Source: Verrucomicrobiota bacterium
GTDB lineage: Bacteria > Verrucomicrobiota > Verrucomicrobiia > Limisphaerales > CAIQOK01
Length of the DNA: 64,000 bases
Assembly: GCA_046346715.1 (NCBI GenBank)
Contig: JAXMHO010000002.1
Location: 83,059-147,058, forward strand
Reading direction: 5' to 3'
The notes beneath the pieces are model-generated. The model worked only from the letters and a program-made list of their open reading frames with translations. It searched no databases and was not told the DNA's origin. Of the stretch, positions 9,835 to 18,900 are shown in pieces. The position numbers and the translations under genes are program-made. The stretch's first letter is position 1, and each line of letters begins with the position of its first letter.

Positions 9835-11103
9835 ATGAAGAAGAACTCTTGTCTCAAAACCCTCAACAAAAGCGTTTGGGTCGGCGGCGCCCTCCTGAGC
9901 AGCGCGGTCATGGCCTTGGCCGACGACACCAGCGATCTCAAAGCACGCGTCGCTCAGCTCGAAGCCATTGCGGCCAAGGAAGGCATCCTGCCCAGTGGCA
10001 CGACCCCCCCGAAATTCGTCTCGGCGATGTCAGACATCACCGTCAGCGGCTTCGTGCAGGCGTCCTACTTTTACAACACCCGTCATCCGGCCGACGGCAA
10101 ATCGGACGGCTACCTGTGGAACACTTCCGACAATTCATTCTCACTCAACAAATTCAAGCTCACCCTGGCAAGCAAGCCGGTCGCGACGGACAAGTGGGAC
10201 GCCGGTTTCCGCGCGTCGCTCATGTTCGGTGAAGACGCCGCCGACCTGAACTCCGGCAGCACCACCACCGTGCTGACTCCGCCCACGTCCTTTCCCGGAA
10301 CGACCACCACGGCGGCCGTCGCCGGCTTTGACGGCCTGCGCGAGGCGTTCGTTGAAATCAACGTCCCCATCGGCACGGGCCTGAACATCAAGGCGGGCGA
10401 ACTGATCTCGCTCCTCAACTGGGAATCCGGCGACGGCGGCGCGGCCAACCCCAACTTCTCCCAGGGCAACCAGTGGTGGTTCACCGGCAACGGCCCCTCG
10501 GCCGGCGTGCAGGCAACCTATAATTTCACCGACAAGGTCGGCCTGACCTTGCGCGTGGACAACGGCCTGTTCCAAGGCCCCGTGGACAACAACGAAGGCA
10601 AGGCGTTCAGCGGCAGCCTGGCGTTCAAGCCGACCAAGGATCTCTGGTTCAACATCATTGGCTGGTATGACGATCAGCCCGGCGGCACGGACGTCTCCGG
10701 CTTCTCGACGATTGGCGGCCTCCAGGTCACCAAGGCGCTGGGCACGGGCTGGGAACTCGACTACTTCAACTTCAGCTCCCCCGGCAACGCGAGCGATCTC
10801 TGGTCCGGCGGCCTCTGGGTCTGGTATGACTTCACCTCCAAGCTCGGCGTCGCCCTGCGTGCCGACTACATCGGCAGCCCAGACCCGACGTTTGGTCTCG
10901 GACCTGCGGTTCGTCCCGGCGCCGGCGTGACCACCTTCGCCACCGGCGAAAACCACATCGGCAGCGTGACCTTCACGGTCAACCTCAAGCCGACCGCCAG
11001 CCTGAAGATCCAGCCGGAGCTTCGCTACGACTTCACCAACGGCCGGCTCGACGGCAAGCGTGACCGCGTGATCGTCGGCTGCGGCGCGACCTACATGTTC
11101 TAA
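9835..11103 (+). CDS. outer-membrane beta-barrel porin (possibly a urea/short-chain amide porin)
   Basis: Track ORF 9751; ATG 9835 gives a signal peptide ([29 protein letters not shown]), a short coiled-coil segment, an alternating beta-strand pattern and a C-terminal ...GCGATYMF aromatic end. Sits immediately upstream of urtA. Confidence 0.55.
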   Translation: MKKNSCLKTLNKSVWVGGALLSSAVMALADDTSDLKARVAQLEAIAAKEGILPSGTTPPKFVSAMSDITVSGFVQASYFYNTRHPADGKSDGYLWNTSDNSFSLNKFKLTLASKPVATDKWDAGFRASLMFGEDAADLNSGSTTTVLTPPTSFPGTTTTAAVAGFDGLREAFVEINVPIGTGLNIKAGELISLLNWESGDGGAANPNFSQGNQWWFTGNGPSAGVQATYNFTDKVGLTLRVDNGLFQGPVDNNEGKAFSGSLAFKPTKDLWFNIIGWYDDQPGGTDVSGFSTIGGLQVTKALGTGWELDYFNFSSPGNASDLWSGGLWVWYDFTSKLGVALRADYIGSPDPTFGLGPAVRPGAGVTTFATGENHIGSVTFTVNLKPTASLKIQPELRYDFTNGRLDGKRDRVIVGCGATYMF

Positions 11104-11153
11104 GCCGGACCACCACCAACCAAAAGCACACAACACAAACGACCAACGAAACT

Positions 11154-12437
11154 ATGAAATCATTCCTCAGCAAATTGACCCTGGCCGCCGGCGCGCTGCT
11201 CGTGGCCGCGTCAACGCAGGCCGCCGACATCGTGAAGATCGGCGTGCTGCATTCGCTCAGCGGCACCATGGCCATCAGCGAGACGTCCCTGCGCGACGTC
11301 GCGCTGTTTGCCTTCGACGAAATCAACAAGGCCGGCGGCGTGAAGCTCGGCGACAAGTCCTACAAGATCGAGCCCGTCATCGTGGACGGCGCGTCGAACT
11401 GGCCGCTCTTCGCCGAAAAGGCCAAGCAGCTGCTCGAAGTGGACAAGGTCGCCGTGACCTTCGGCTGCTGGACCTCGGTCAGCCGCAAGTCCGTCCTGCC
11501 GGTGTACGAGAAGGACAACGGCCTGTTGTTCTATCCCGTGCAGTATGAAGGCGAGGAACTCTCCAAGAACATCTTCTACACGGCCGAAGCCGTGAACCAG
11601 CAGGCCACGCCCGCCGTGGATTACCTGCTGAAGATGGGCAAGAAGAAGTTCTACCTCCTCGGCACCGACTACGTGTATCCGCAGACCACCAACCTCATCC
11701 TCTACAAATACCTGCTGCTCCATGGCATCTCGATCGAGAACATCGGCGGCGGCTTCCGCAAGGATGACTCGGGCAAGGTGATCTCCGCCGGCAAATACGT
11801 TCCGTTCGGCCACACCGACTTCCAGCAGATCGTGGCGGACATCAAGCAGTTTGCCGCCAGCGGCGACGCCTGCGTGCTGAACACCATCAACGGCGACTCC
11901 AACGTCCCGCTGTTCAAGGAAATCGCGGCGGCGGGTTTGAGCGCGGCCGACTGCCCGGTCGTTTCCTTCAGCTTGTCGGAAGACGAACTCCGCGCGCTGC
12001 CCACCAAGGACCTCGTCGGCGAACTCGGCTGCTGGACCTACTTCATGTCCATCGACTCGCCCGACAACAAGGCGTTCCTCAAGAACTGGGATGCCTGGCT
12101 CAAAACCCAGAGCTACCCCGGCGTCGTGAAGGAAAAGCGCGTCATGTGCAGCCCCATGGTGCTTACCTATAACGGCATCTACCTCTGGAAGGCCGCGGCG
12201 GAAAAGGCCGGCACGTTTGACGTGGACAAGGTTCGCGAAGTCCTGGAGTCCGGCGAGATCAGCATGACTGGTCCCGGCGGCAAGACCACGATGAACAAGA
12301 ACCATCACACCACCAAGAACGTCTACATCGGCGAAACCAAGGCCAACGGACAGTTCAAGATTCTGGAAACGTTCATGAACGTTTACGGCGAACCCTTCCT
12401 CCTGAAGGGCCTCGACGAGAAGCTCGGCGCGAAGTGA
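11154..12437 (+). CDS. urtA: urea ABC transporter substrate-binding protein
   Basis: 427 aa. Signal peptide [23 protein letters not shown], then [23 protein letters not shown]..., typical of UrtA. Followed by urtBCDE and the urease genes. Confidence 0.9.
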   Translation: MKSFLSKLTLAAGALLVAASTQAADIVKIGVLHSLSGTMAISETSLRDVALFAFDEINKAGGVKLGDKSYKIEPVIVDGASNWPLFAEKAKQLLEVDKVAVTFGCWTSVSRKSVLPVYEKDNGLLFYPVQYEGEELSKNIFYTAEAVNQQATPAVDYLLKMGKKKFYLLGTDYVYPQTTNLILYKYLLLHGISIENIGGGFRKDDSGKVISAGKYVPFGHTDFQQIVADIKQFAASGDACVLNTINGDSNVPLFKEIAAAGLSAADCPVVSFSLSEDELRALPTKDLVGELGCWTYFMSIDSPDNKAFLKNWDAWLKTQSYPGVVKEKRVMCSPMVLTYNGIYLWKAAAEKAGTFDVDKVREVLESGEISMTGPGGKTTMNKNHHTTKNVYIGETKANGQFKILETFMNVYGEPFLLKGLDEKLGAK

Positions 12438-12444
12438 TTCCAAC

Positions 12445-12529
12445 CCGGATGAACCCTGACTCAGTTCATCCGGTCCTGACGTGAACCGGAGTCATCTCAG
12501 AGGGCGGAGGATGGTTTCCTCCGCCCTCT
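12445..12529 (+). promoter_or_regulatory. two intercistronic stem-loops between urtA and urtB
   Basis: CCGGATGAAC-N9-GTTCATCCGG (12445-12473) and AGAGGGCGGAGGA-TGGTT-TCCTCCGCCCTCT (12499-12529, perfect 13-bp stem) followed by TTCTG. The probable urtB ATG is at 12538. Confidence 0.6.
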
Positions 12530-12537
12530 TTCTGAAA

Positions 12538-14280
12538 ATGCGATCCCCACTTCAACACCTCCTGATCCTGACCTGCGCCCTGCTGCTGCCGCTTTTGGGG
12601 CGCGCCGAGGACGATGCCGCCATCCGGCAAAAGCTCGCCCAGGCCATCCTGAGCAGCGGCGACGAGCAGAAAAAGCTCCTGGATGAGCTCGGCGACACCG
12701 GGCGGAAGTTTTTACGCGAGCCGCTGCTGGCCTGGACCCGCGACGGCGTCTTCCTCTTCGAATCCACCAACGCCACGGGCAAAATTCCGCTGATGCTGGA
12801 GGAGCAGACCGATGCCGACGGTAAGGCCCGCGCCATTCTGCTCGCCGACGGATCATTTTTGAAGGATGACAAGAACCAGGAACTGCGCTTTGGCAGCAGC
12901 GACCTGACTGCCGCCGACACGGATGCCGGCCTGCGCCTCAAGATTCAGCAGACCTTGGACACGCTGGCCCTTTCCGATCCCGATCCCAACGCCCGCGCCA
13001 CGGCCATCACGAAGCTGGGCAATTCACAGAAGCCGAAAAACATCCCCGTCCTCCAGGCCCGCCTGACCAAGGAAACCGACACTGATGTCAAACGCACCAT
13101 TCAGGAAGCCATCGCTTTGCTGCAACTGGGCAGCACCGATCCGCAGGTCCAGATCACCGCCGCCACCCAGCTCGCCGACCTCGAATCCATCGGCAGCATG
13201 GACGCCCTGAACAAGCTCGCCGCCAACAAAAGCCTGCCGCCGGAAGTTTCGCTGGCCGTCGGCAAAGCCATCGCCCGGATTCAGAACCACATCTCGGTGG
13301 TGAATTTCTTCGGCACCATTTTCCGCGGCGCCAGCCTGGGCTCCATTCTTTTGATCGTCGCGCTGGGCCTGGCCATCACCTTCGGGCTGATGGGCGTGAT
13401 CAACATGGCGCACGGCGAGATGATCGCCGTGGGCGCCTACACCAGCTACGTGGTGCAGAACCTTTTCGGCGCGGGCTTTTCCTTCTCGGTCAACCTGCCC
13501 TTTCAATTCGCCGGCAAACCGCTCGGCTTCGGCCTGCATCTGCCCGGACTGAACGCCACGGGCTGGTTCTATGAAAGCTACTTCCTGTTCGTGCTGCCGC
13601 TGAGCTTCCTGATGGCCGCGCTGACGGGCTGGGTGGTGGAACGCTGCGTCATCCGTTTCCTCTACCGCCGTCCGCTCGAATCGCTGCTCGCCACCTGGGG
13701 CGTGTCGCTGGTGATGCAGCAGCTCTTCCGCATGGTTTTCGGCGCGAACAACGTGCAGGTCAATTCGCCGTCGTGGCTTCAGGGCCACTTTGACATCAAC
13801 GACATTTCGTTCGGTTACAACCGCGTGTTCGTCATTGCCTTCGCCGGTCTCATTGTGCTCGGCACCTGGCTGCTCCTGACCAAGACGCCGCTCGGCCTGC
13901 TGATCCGCGCCGTGATGCAGAACCGCAACATGGCCGCGTGCATGGGCGTCCGCACTGACCGCGTCAACATGATGACGTTCGCCTTCGGCTCGGGACTGGC
14001 CGGACTGGCGGGCGCGTTTCTCTCCCAGATCGGCAACGTCGGCCCCAGCCTCGGCCAGAGCTACATCGTGGACAGCTTCATGACAGTGGTGGTCGGCGGC
14101 GTCGGCAGCATCGTCGGCACGGTCTATTCCGCCATCGGCATCGGCACGGCGGACCAGATTCTGCAACAGGTCACCGGTTCGCCGGTCACCGGAAAAATCG
14201 TGGTGCTGATCAGCATCATCCTGTTTCTCCAGTGGAAGCCCGGCGGACTCTTCGCCATCCGCAGCCGCAGCCTTGATTGA
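12538..14280 (+). CDS. urtB: urea ABC transporter permease with a long N-terminal periplasmic extension
   Basis: Track ORF 12481; ATG 12538 gives MRSPLQHLLILTCALLLPLLG (signal-like). The C-terminal ~300 aa form a LivH/UrtB permease (LGLAITFGLMGVINMAHGEM...). About 270 extra N-terminal residues carry HEAT-like repeats. Confidence 0.85.
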   Translation: MRSPLQHLLILTCALLLPLLGRAEDDAAIRQKLAQAILSSGDEQKKLLDELGDTGRKFLREPLLAWTRDGVFLFESTNATGKIPLMLEEQTDADGKARAILLADGSFLKDDKNQELRFGSSDLTAADTDAGLRLKIQQTLDTLALSDPDPNARATAITKLGNSQKPKNIPVLQARLTKETDTDVKRTIQEAIALLQLGSTDPQVQITAATQLADLESIGSMDALNKLAANKSLPPEVSLAVGKAIARIQNHISVVNFFGTIFRGASLGSILLIVALGLAITFGLMGVINMAHGEMIAVGAYTSYVVQNLFGAGFSFSVNLPFQFAGKPLGFGLHLPGLNATGWFYESYFLFVLPLSFLMAALTGWVVERCVIRFLYRRPLESLLATWGVSLVMQQLFRMVFGANNVQVNSPSWLQGHFDINDISFGYNRVFVIAFAGLIVLGTWLLLTKTPLGLLIRAVMQNRNMAACMGVRTDRVNMMTFAFGSGLAGLAGAFLSQIGNVGPSLGQSYIVDSFMTVVVGGVGSIVGTVYSAIGIGTADQILQQVTGSPVTGKIVVLISIILFLQWKPGGLFAIRSRSLD

Positions 14281-14286
14281 TTTCCC

Positions 14287-15435
14287 ATGACTCGCACGTT
14301 TTCCAAAACCGAAATGCTGGTGGTGGGCGCGGTCGCCTTCCTGGCGATGGTCGTCCTGCCCGGCCTCAACGCGTTTACGCCGGAAACCAGCGCGCTGCAC
14401 GTCAGCAATTTCACCATCAACCTCTTCGGCAAATACCTCTGCTACGCCATCCTCGCCATCAGCGTGGACCTGCTCTGGGGTTACACCGGCCTGCTCAGCC
14501 TTGGTCAGGCGATGTATTTCACCCTCGGCGGCTACATGATGGGCATGTATCTGATGCGGATGATCGGCGACCTCGGCCAGTATCACAAACCCATCCCGGA
14601 CTTTCTGGTGTTCCTCGGCTGGAACAATCTGCCGGCGTTCTGGAAGCCCTTCAGCAGCTTTCCGTTCGCGCTGGTGATGGCGTTCCTTCTGCCCTGCACG
14701 CTGTCGCTGGTCTTCGGTTTTCTCGCCTTCCGCTCCCGCATCCGCGGCGTTTACTTTTCCATCCTCACTCAGGCGCTGACTTATGGCGCGTGCCTGCTGT
14801 TCTTCCGCAACAGCCTGCTGCTCGGCGGCAACAACGGGTTCACGGATTTCAAGTTCGTCCTCGGGTTCGATGTCCGCTCGGCCGCAACCCAGCGCGGGCT
14901 TTACATCGCCACCACGATTGTGCTGCTGCTGGTCTATCTCCTGTGCCGCTGGCTGAGCCGCACCAAGTTCGGCCTCGTGCAGCAGGCAATTCGTGACAGC
15001 GAAAACCGCGTGCTGTTCAGCGGCTACGCGGCGGGCAATTTCAAGCTGTTCGTCTTCGTCCTCGCCGCCGCCATCGCCGCAGTCGGCGGCGTCCTGTATG
15101 TCCCGCAGGTCGGCATCATCAACCCGAGCGAAATGTCCCCCGACAAGTCCCTCGAAGCGGTTGTCTGGGTCGCGGTCGGCGGCCGCGGCACGTTGCTCGG
15201 GCCGATCCTCGGCGCGGTCGGCGTGAACGCGCTCAAAAGCTGGGCCACCCGCGCCTATCCGGACCTGTGGCTCATTTTTCTCGGCACCCTGTTTGTGCTG
15301 GTGACGCTGTTCATGCCAAAGGGTCTCGTCGGCCTGCCGGAACAATTGCGCGCCTTGAAGAAAAAGTTTTTTGGACGGACCAACCCGGAGTCCAACGCCG
15401 CGAATTCCGCCAAACCCGTTGCTGAAACCAAATGA
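14287..15435 (+). CDS. urtC: urea ABC transporter permease
   Basis: 382-aa multipass LivM/UrtC-like protein (DLLWGYTGLLSLGQAMYFTLGGY). Confidence 0.85.
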   Translation: MTRTFSKTEMLVVGAVAFLAMVVLPGLNAFTPETSALHVSNFTINLFGKYLCYAILAISVDLLWGYTGLLSLGQAMYFTLGGYMMGMYLMRMIGDLGQYHKPIPDFLVFLGWNNLPAFWKPFSSFPFALVMAFLLPCTLSLVFGFLAFRSRIRGVYFSILTQALTYGACLLFFRNSLLLGGNNGFTDFKFVLGFDVRSAATQRGLYIATTIVLLLVYLLCRWLSRTKFGLVQQAIRDSENRVLFSGYAAGNFKLFVFVLAAAIAAVGGVLYVPQVGIINPSEMSPDKSLEAVVWVAVGGRGTLLGPILGAVGVNALKSWATRAYPDLWLIFLGTLFVLVTLFMPKGLVGLPEQLRALKKKFFGRTNPESNAANSAKPVAETK

Positions 15436-16199
15436 GCATGTCAGCCCGCCAGTTTATCCTGATGCTTGAGGACGTGAGCAAGTCCTTCGAAGGCTTCAAG
15501 GCGATCTCCAACCTCACCTTCTACATGGATGAAGGCGAACTCCGCACGGTCATCGGCCCCAATGGCGCCGGCAAAAGCTCCATGCTCGATCTCATCACCG
15601 GCCGCACCAAGCCGGACACCGGCAAGATCGAATTCGGCCGCGACACCGATCTGACCGCGTTGAACGAACACCAGATCAACCGCCTCGGCATCGGGCGCAA
15701 ATTCCAGACGCCCTCGGTGTATGTGGACCACACGGTCTTCGAGAACATCCTGCTTTCCCTGAAAGGCTCCCGCAGTGTCTTCTCCACGCTCTTCCACCGC
15801 ATAAATTCGGAGGAACGCGACCGCATCCATTCCGTGCTCAACACGGTGAACCTCTCGGACAAGGCCCAGTGGAAGGCCGGCGCCCTGAGCCACGGCCAGA
15901 AGCAATGGCTGGAGATCGGCATGCTGCTCGCCCAGGACCCGCGCCTGCTGCTGGTGGACGAACCCGCCGCCGGCATGACCGACGAGGAAACGCACAAGAC
16001 CGGCGAACTCCTCATCAGCCTCGCCGGCAAGCACAGCATCATCGTCATCGAGCATGACATGACCTTCGTCCGGCAGATTGCCCGCAAGGTGACGGTGCTC
16101 CATCAGGGAACGGTCCTCTGCGAAGGCTCGGTGGACGAGGTGCAGAACGACGAGCGCGTCATCGAGGTGTATCTCGGCAAAAAGAAAAGGGCGGCGTGA
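15432..16199 (+). CDS. urtD: urea ABC transporter ATP-binding protein
   Basis: Walker A GPNGAGKSS, signature LSHGQKQWLEIG, Walker B LLLVDEPAAGM. The start overlaps the urtC stop (ATGA). Confidence 0.9.
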   Translation: MSMSARQFILMLEDVSKSFEGFKAISNLTFYMDEGELRTVIGPNGAGKSSMLDLITGRTKPDTGKIEFGRDTDLTALNEHQINRLGIGRKFQTPSVYVDHTVFENILLSLKGSRSVFSTLFHRINSEERDRIHSVLNTVNLSDKAQWKAGALSHGQKQWLEIGMLLAQDPRLLLVDEPAAGMTDEETHKTGELLISLAGKHSIIVIEHDMTFVRQIARKVTVLHQGTVLCEGSVDEVQNDERVIEVYLGKKKRAA

Positions 16200-16217
16200 A
16201 CCTTTCAACCTTTTAAC

Positions 16218-16913
16218 ATGCTCAACCTGTCCAACCTCAACGTCAGCTACGACGGCTCCCGCATCCTGCGCGGCGTCAACCTGACCGTTCCCGAAAAGAG
16301 CCTGGTCTGCCTGATGGGCCGCAACGGCGTCGGCAAGACCACCACGCTGAAATCCATCGTCGGCCTCGCCCGCCTCGACAGCGGCGACATCTCCCTCGGC
16401 GGCCAGTCGCTCAACCACCTCAAGCCCGACGCCCGCGCCCGGACGGGGATCGGCTACGTGCCGCAGGGCCGCGACATTTTCCCGCATCTGACCGTGGCCG
16501 AAAACCTCAAGCTCGGCCTGGTGGTTCACGGCAAAAAAGCCAACGGGCAGATGGACCGGGTGCTCGAACTGTTCCCCATCCTGAAGGAATTTCTCCCGCG
16601 CAAGGGCGGCGTGCTCAGCGGCGGCCAGCAGCAGCAGCTTGCCATCGCCCGCGCCCTGCTGACCGATCCGAAGATTTTGATCCTCGACGAACCAACCGAG
16701 GGCATCCAGCCGAACATCATTGATCTCATTGGCGAAACACTGATGAAGATCAAGCAGGAGGGACGCATCAGCATCCTGCTCGTCGAACAATACCTCGACT
16801 TCTGCCTCGAGGTTGGCGACCTTTTTTACATCATGGACCGCGGCGCGGTGGTTGCCGAAGGCCCGATCAGCAAGCTCAACGACGAGATCGTGAAACAACA
16901 TCTGACTGTCTAA
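16218..16913 (+). CDS. urtE: urea ABC transporter ATP-binding protein
   Basis: Walker A GRNGVGKTT, LSGGQQQQLAIARAL, ILILDEPTEG. Confidence 0.9.
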   Translation: MLNLSNLNVSYDGSRILRGVNLTVPEKSLVCLMGRNGVGKTTTLKSIVGLARLDSGDISLGGQSLNHLKPDARARTGIGYVPQGRDIFPHLTVAENLKLGLVVHGKKANGQMDRVLELFPILKEFLPRKGGVLSGGQQQQLAIARALLTDPKILILDEPTEGIQPNIIDLIGETLMKIKQEGRISILLVEQYLDFCLEVGDLFYIMDRGAVVAEGPISKLNDEIVKQHLTV

Positions 16914-16914
16914 C

Positions 16915-17751
16915 GTGGTCGCACCCGCCCTCCAAACCCCGTCACTATTCCGCAGCGGCAACGCCTCGCTGACCGTCGAACTGGTGTTTGGTCAAAGCAC
17001 CGCCACCTCCAGCTACGCGGTCAGCCCCATGAAGCTCCTGACGCCCGTGGCGCGCGGCCAAAGCGTGTGGTCTTACACCAGCAGCTTCGGCGGCGGGCTG
17101 GTTGCCGGCGACAAAACCCGGCTCGAAGTCAGCGTCAACTCCGGCGCGCGTTGTTTCCTCGGCACGCAATCCTCCACGAAAGTTTATCGCAATCCCGCCG
17201 CCTTGCCCTGCGAACACGTGACCCATGCAACCGTTGCCGAGGACGCCATGCTGGTGTTCGCGCCTGAACCGGTGCAGGCGTTCGCGGATTCTCATTACAC
17301 GCAACGACAGGAATTTCATCTCGCGCCCAGCGCCGGGTTGGTTTTGCTCGATTGGTTCAGTTCCGGCCGCGCCGCCCGGGGCGAACGTTGGGCGTTCAAG
17401 CATTTCGAGAGTCGCAACGACATCTTCGTTGGGGGCGAACGCGCGCTGGTTGATCCCATCCTGCTGAACTCCGACGAACTCGCCGAGCGCATGGGCCGGT
17501 TTAATTGCCTCGCCACGCTGCTGCTCCTCGGCCCGCCGCTGAAGACCGCCGGTGATTCACTGTTGCAACTGGTCGCCGCGCGCGCGGTGGAAAAGCGCGC
17601 CGAGCTGAATGTTAGCGTGAGTCCAGTGCGCGGCGGAGTGTTGTTCCGCGTGGCGGGAGCACAAGTGGAAGCCGTGCGCCGCGAACTGAGTGGACACCTG
17701 GCCTTTCTACACGACATCCTTGGCGACGATCCGTGGGCGCGGAAGTGGTGA
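16915..17751 (+). CDS. ureD: urease accessory protein UreD
   Basis: 278 aa with SFGGGLVAGD...GTQSSTKVYRN UreD/UreH-type region. GTG start 1 nt after the urtE stop. Confidence 0.8.
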   Translation: MVAPALQTPSLFRSGNASLTVELVFGQSTATSSYAVSPMKLLTPVARGQSVWSYTSSFGGGLVAGDKTRLEVSVNSGARCFLGTQSSTKVYRNPAALPCEHVTHATVAEDAMLVFAPEPVQAFADSHYTQRQEFHLAPSAGLVLLDWFSSGRAARGERWAFKHFESRNDIFVGGERALVDPILLNSDELAERMGRFNCLATLLLLGPPLKTAGDSLLQLVAARAVEKRAELNVSVSPVRGGVLFRVAGAQVEAVRRELSGHLAFLHDILGDDPWARKW

Positions 17752-17754
17752 ATC

Positions 17755-17976
17755 AACCACGGATAAACACAGATGAACACGGATAAAACCAAAAGCCAGC
17801 GGCAGGACAGGCGCGTTTTGGACTGCGGTGGGAAGCGAAGCGCCACACCGCTTTCACACGCAAGACAGTTACCTCTTATTCGCAAGCCTCTCGCCCGCCC
17901 GAGAGCGCCGTCGCCGCTACGCTTTGCCGGCGCAGGCCAAAACGTCATCCGTGTTTATCCGTGTCCATCCGTGGTT
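17755..17976. repeat. 222-bp element with ~32-bp terminal inverted repeats made of tandem GGATNNACAC units (MITE-like)
   Basis: The left arm AACCACGGATAAACACAGATGAACACGGATAAAA (17755-17788) is complementary to the right arm TCATCCGTGTTTATCCGTGTCCATCCGTGGTT (17946-17976). The ~157-bp interior carries further small palindromes and a CGCCGCTAC REP-type tail. It fills the ureD-ureAB spacer. Confidence 0.7.
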
Positions 17977-17990
17977 AAAACTTTTTGGTT

Positions 17991-18824
17991 ATGCATTTAA
18001 GTCCTCGTGAACTAGACAAACTGACGCTGCATCAGGCGGGCTCGCTTGCGCAGAAGCGCCTCGCTCGCGGCGTGAAGTTGAATCATCCCGAATCTGTGGC
18101 GCTCATCGCCACCGTGCTGCTGGAATTCATCCGCGATGGCAAGAGTGTCGCCGAGTTGATGAACCTTGGCCGCCAGTTGCTCGGTCGCAATCAAGTCATG
18201 TCCGGCGTGCCGGAGATGATTTACGACGTGCAGGTGGAAGGCACGTTCCCCGACGGCTCGAAGCTCGTCACCGTGCATCATCCCATCGCCAGCGAGAACG
18301 GCGATTTGAAACTCGCGCTCCACGGCAGCTTCCTGCCCGTGCCGGATGTTTCCCTTTTCGTGCCCGGTCTCCATGAACCGGGACGCCTCCTCTCCCCGTC
18401 CCTCTCCTCCATTCCGAATGGAGGAGAGGGTGGCCGCAGGCCTGGAGAGGAGGAGTTCTTCATTCCCGGTGCGACGGAGATCAAGGACGGCGAGATCGAA
18501 CTCAATGTCGGTCGCGCGACGGCGGAGATTCCCGTCACGAATTTCGGCGACCGCCCGATTCAAGTCGGCAGCCACTACCATTTCATCGAGACGAACGCGG
18601 CGTTGCAGTTTGATCGCGGCGCGGCCTACGGCAAACGCCTCGACATCCCGGCGGGCACAGCCGTTCGTTTTGAGCCCGGCGAAACCAAGACCGTGAAGCT
18701 GGTTGAGATCGCCGGCAAGAAAGTCATTCGCGGCGGCAACAACCTCGCGAGCGGCAAAGTTTCGGCGGCGGGCAAGAAAGCCGCCTTGAAGAAGGTGAAA
18801 GCCAAAGGATTTGCAACCACGTGA
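17991..18824 (+). CDS. ureAB: urease gamma-beta fusion subunit
   Basis: ATG 17991. The first ~100 aa are gamma ([39 protein letters not shown]...VTVHHPI). A linker follows. The beta part is [18 protein letters not shown]...[17 protein letters not shown]...[10 protein letters not shown], with a C-terminal [14 protein letters not shown]...KAKGF tail. Confidence 0.9.
   Translation: MHLSPRELDKLTLHQAGSLAQKRLARGVKLNHPESVALIATVLLEFIRDGKSVAELMNLGRQLLGRNQVMSGVPEMIYDVQVEGTFPDGSKLVTVHHPIASENGDLKLALHGSFLPVPDVSLFVPGLHEPGRLLSPSLSSIPNGGEGGRRPGEEEFFIPGATEIKDGEIELNVGRATAEIPVTNFGDRPIQVGSHYHFIETNAALQFDRGAAYGKRLDIPAGTAVRFEPGETKTVKLVEIAGKKVIRGGNNLASGKVSAAGKKAALKKVKAKGFATT
18384..18455. repeat. nested palindromic element (CCCTCTCCTCC/GGAGGAGAGGG family) lying in-frame in the ureAB linker
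   Basis: Outer arms CCTCCTCTCC (18386-18395) / GGAGAGGAGG (18444-18453). Inner arms CCCTCTCCTCC (18400-18410) / GGAGGAGAGGG (18420-18430), loop ATTCCGAAT. Translated as [25 protein letters not shown]. Confidence 0.75.
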
Positions 18825-18826
18825 TT

Positions 18827-18888
18827 AACCACAAAGCCACAAAGTCACAGAGAGAAAGTTTTCTCCGTGCCTCTGTGTCTCTGTGGTT
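18827..18888. repeat. hairpin element AACCAC-(A[AG]AGNCAC)n ... GTGGTT after ureAB
   Basis: AACCACAAAGCCACAAAGTCACAGAGAG-loop-CTCCGTGCCTCTGTGTCTCTGTGGTT. Starts 3 nt after the ureAB stop and ends 12 nt before the ureC ATG. Confidence 0.75.
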
Positions 18889-18900
18889 CAGAAAGATGCT

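Noticed and set aside
13024-15345. 773-aa minus-strand ORF antisense to urtB/urtC
   Set aside because: Arg/Ala/Gly/Asp/His-rich composition with no recognisable motif. The sense strand encodes unmistakable UrtB/UrtC permeases. This is a typical stop-codon-poor shadow frame of high-GC DNA. The same logic applies to 15441-16961(-), 11211-12443(-), 10141-11136(-) and 18724-19848(-).
17773-18010. Small ORFs (75 aa and 60 aa) inside the ureD-ureAB spacer element
   Set aside because: They are translations of the inverted-repeat element (MNTDKTKSQRQDRR...). No start context was evident, and they overlap each other in different frames.
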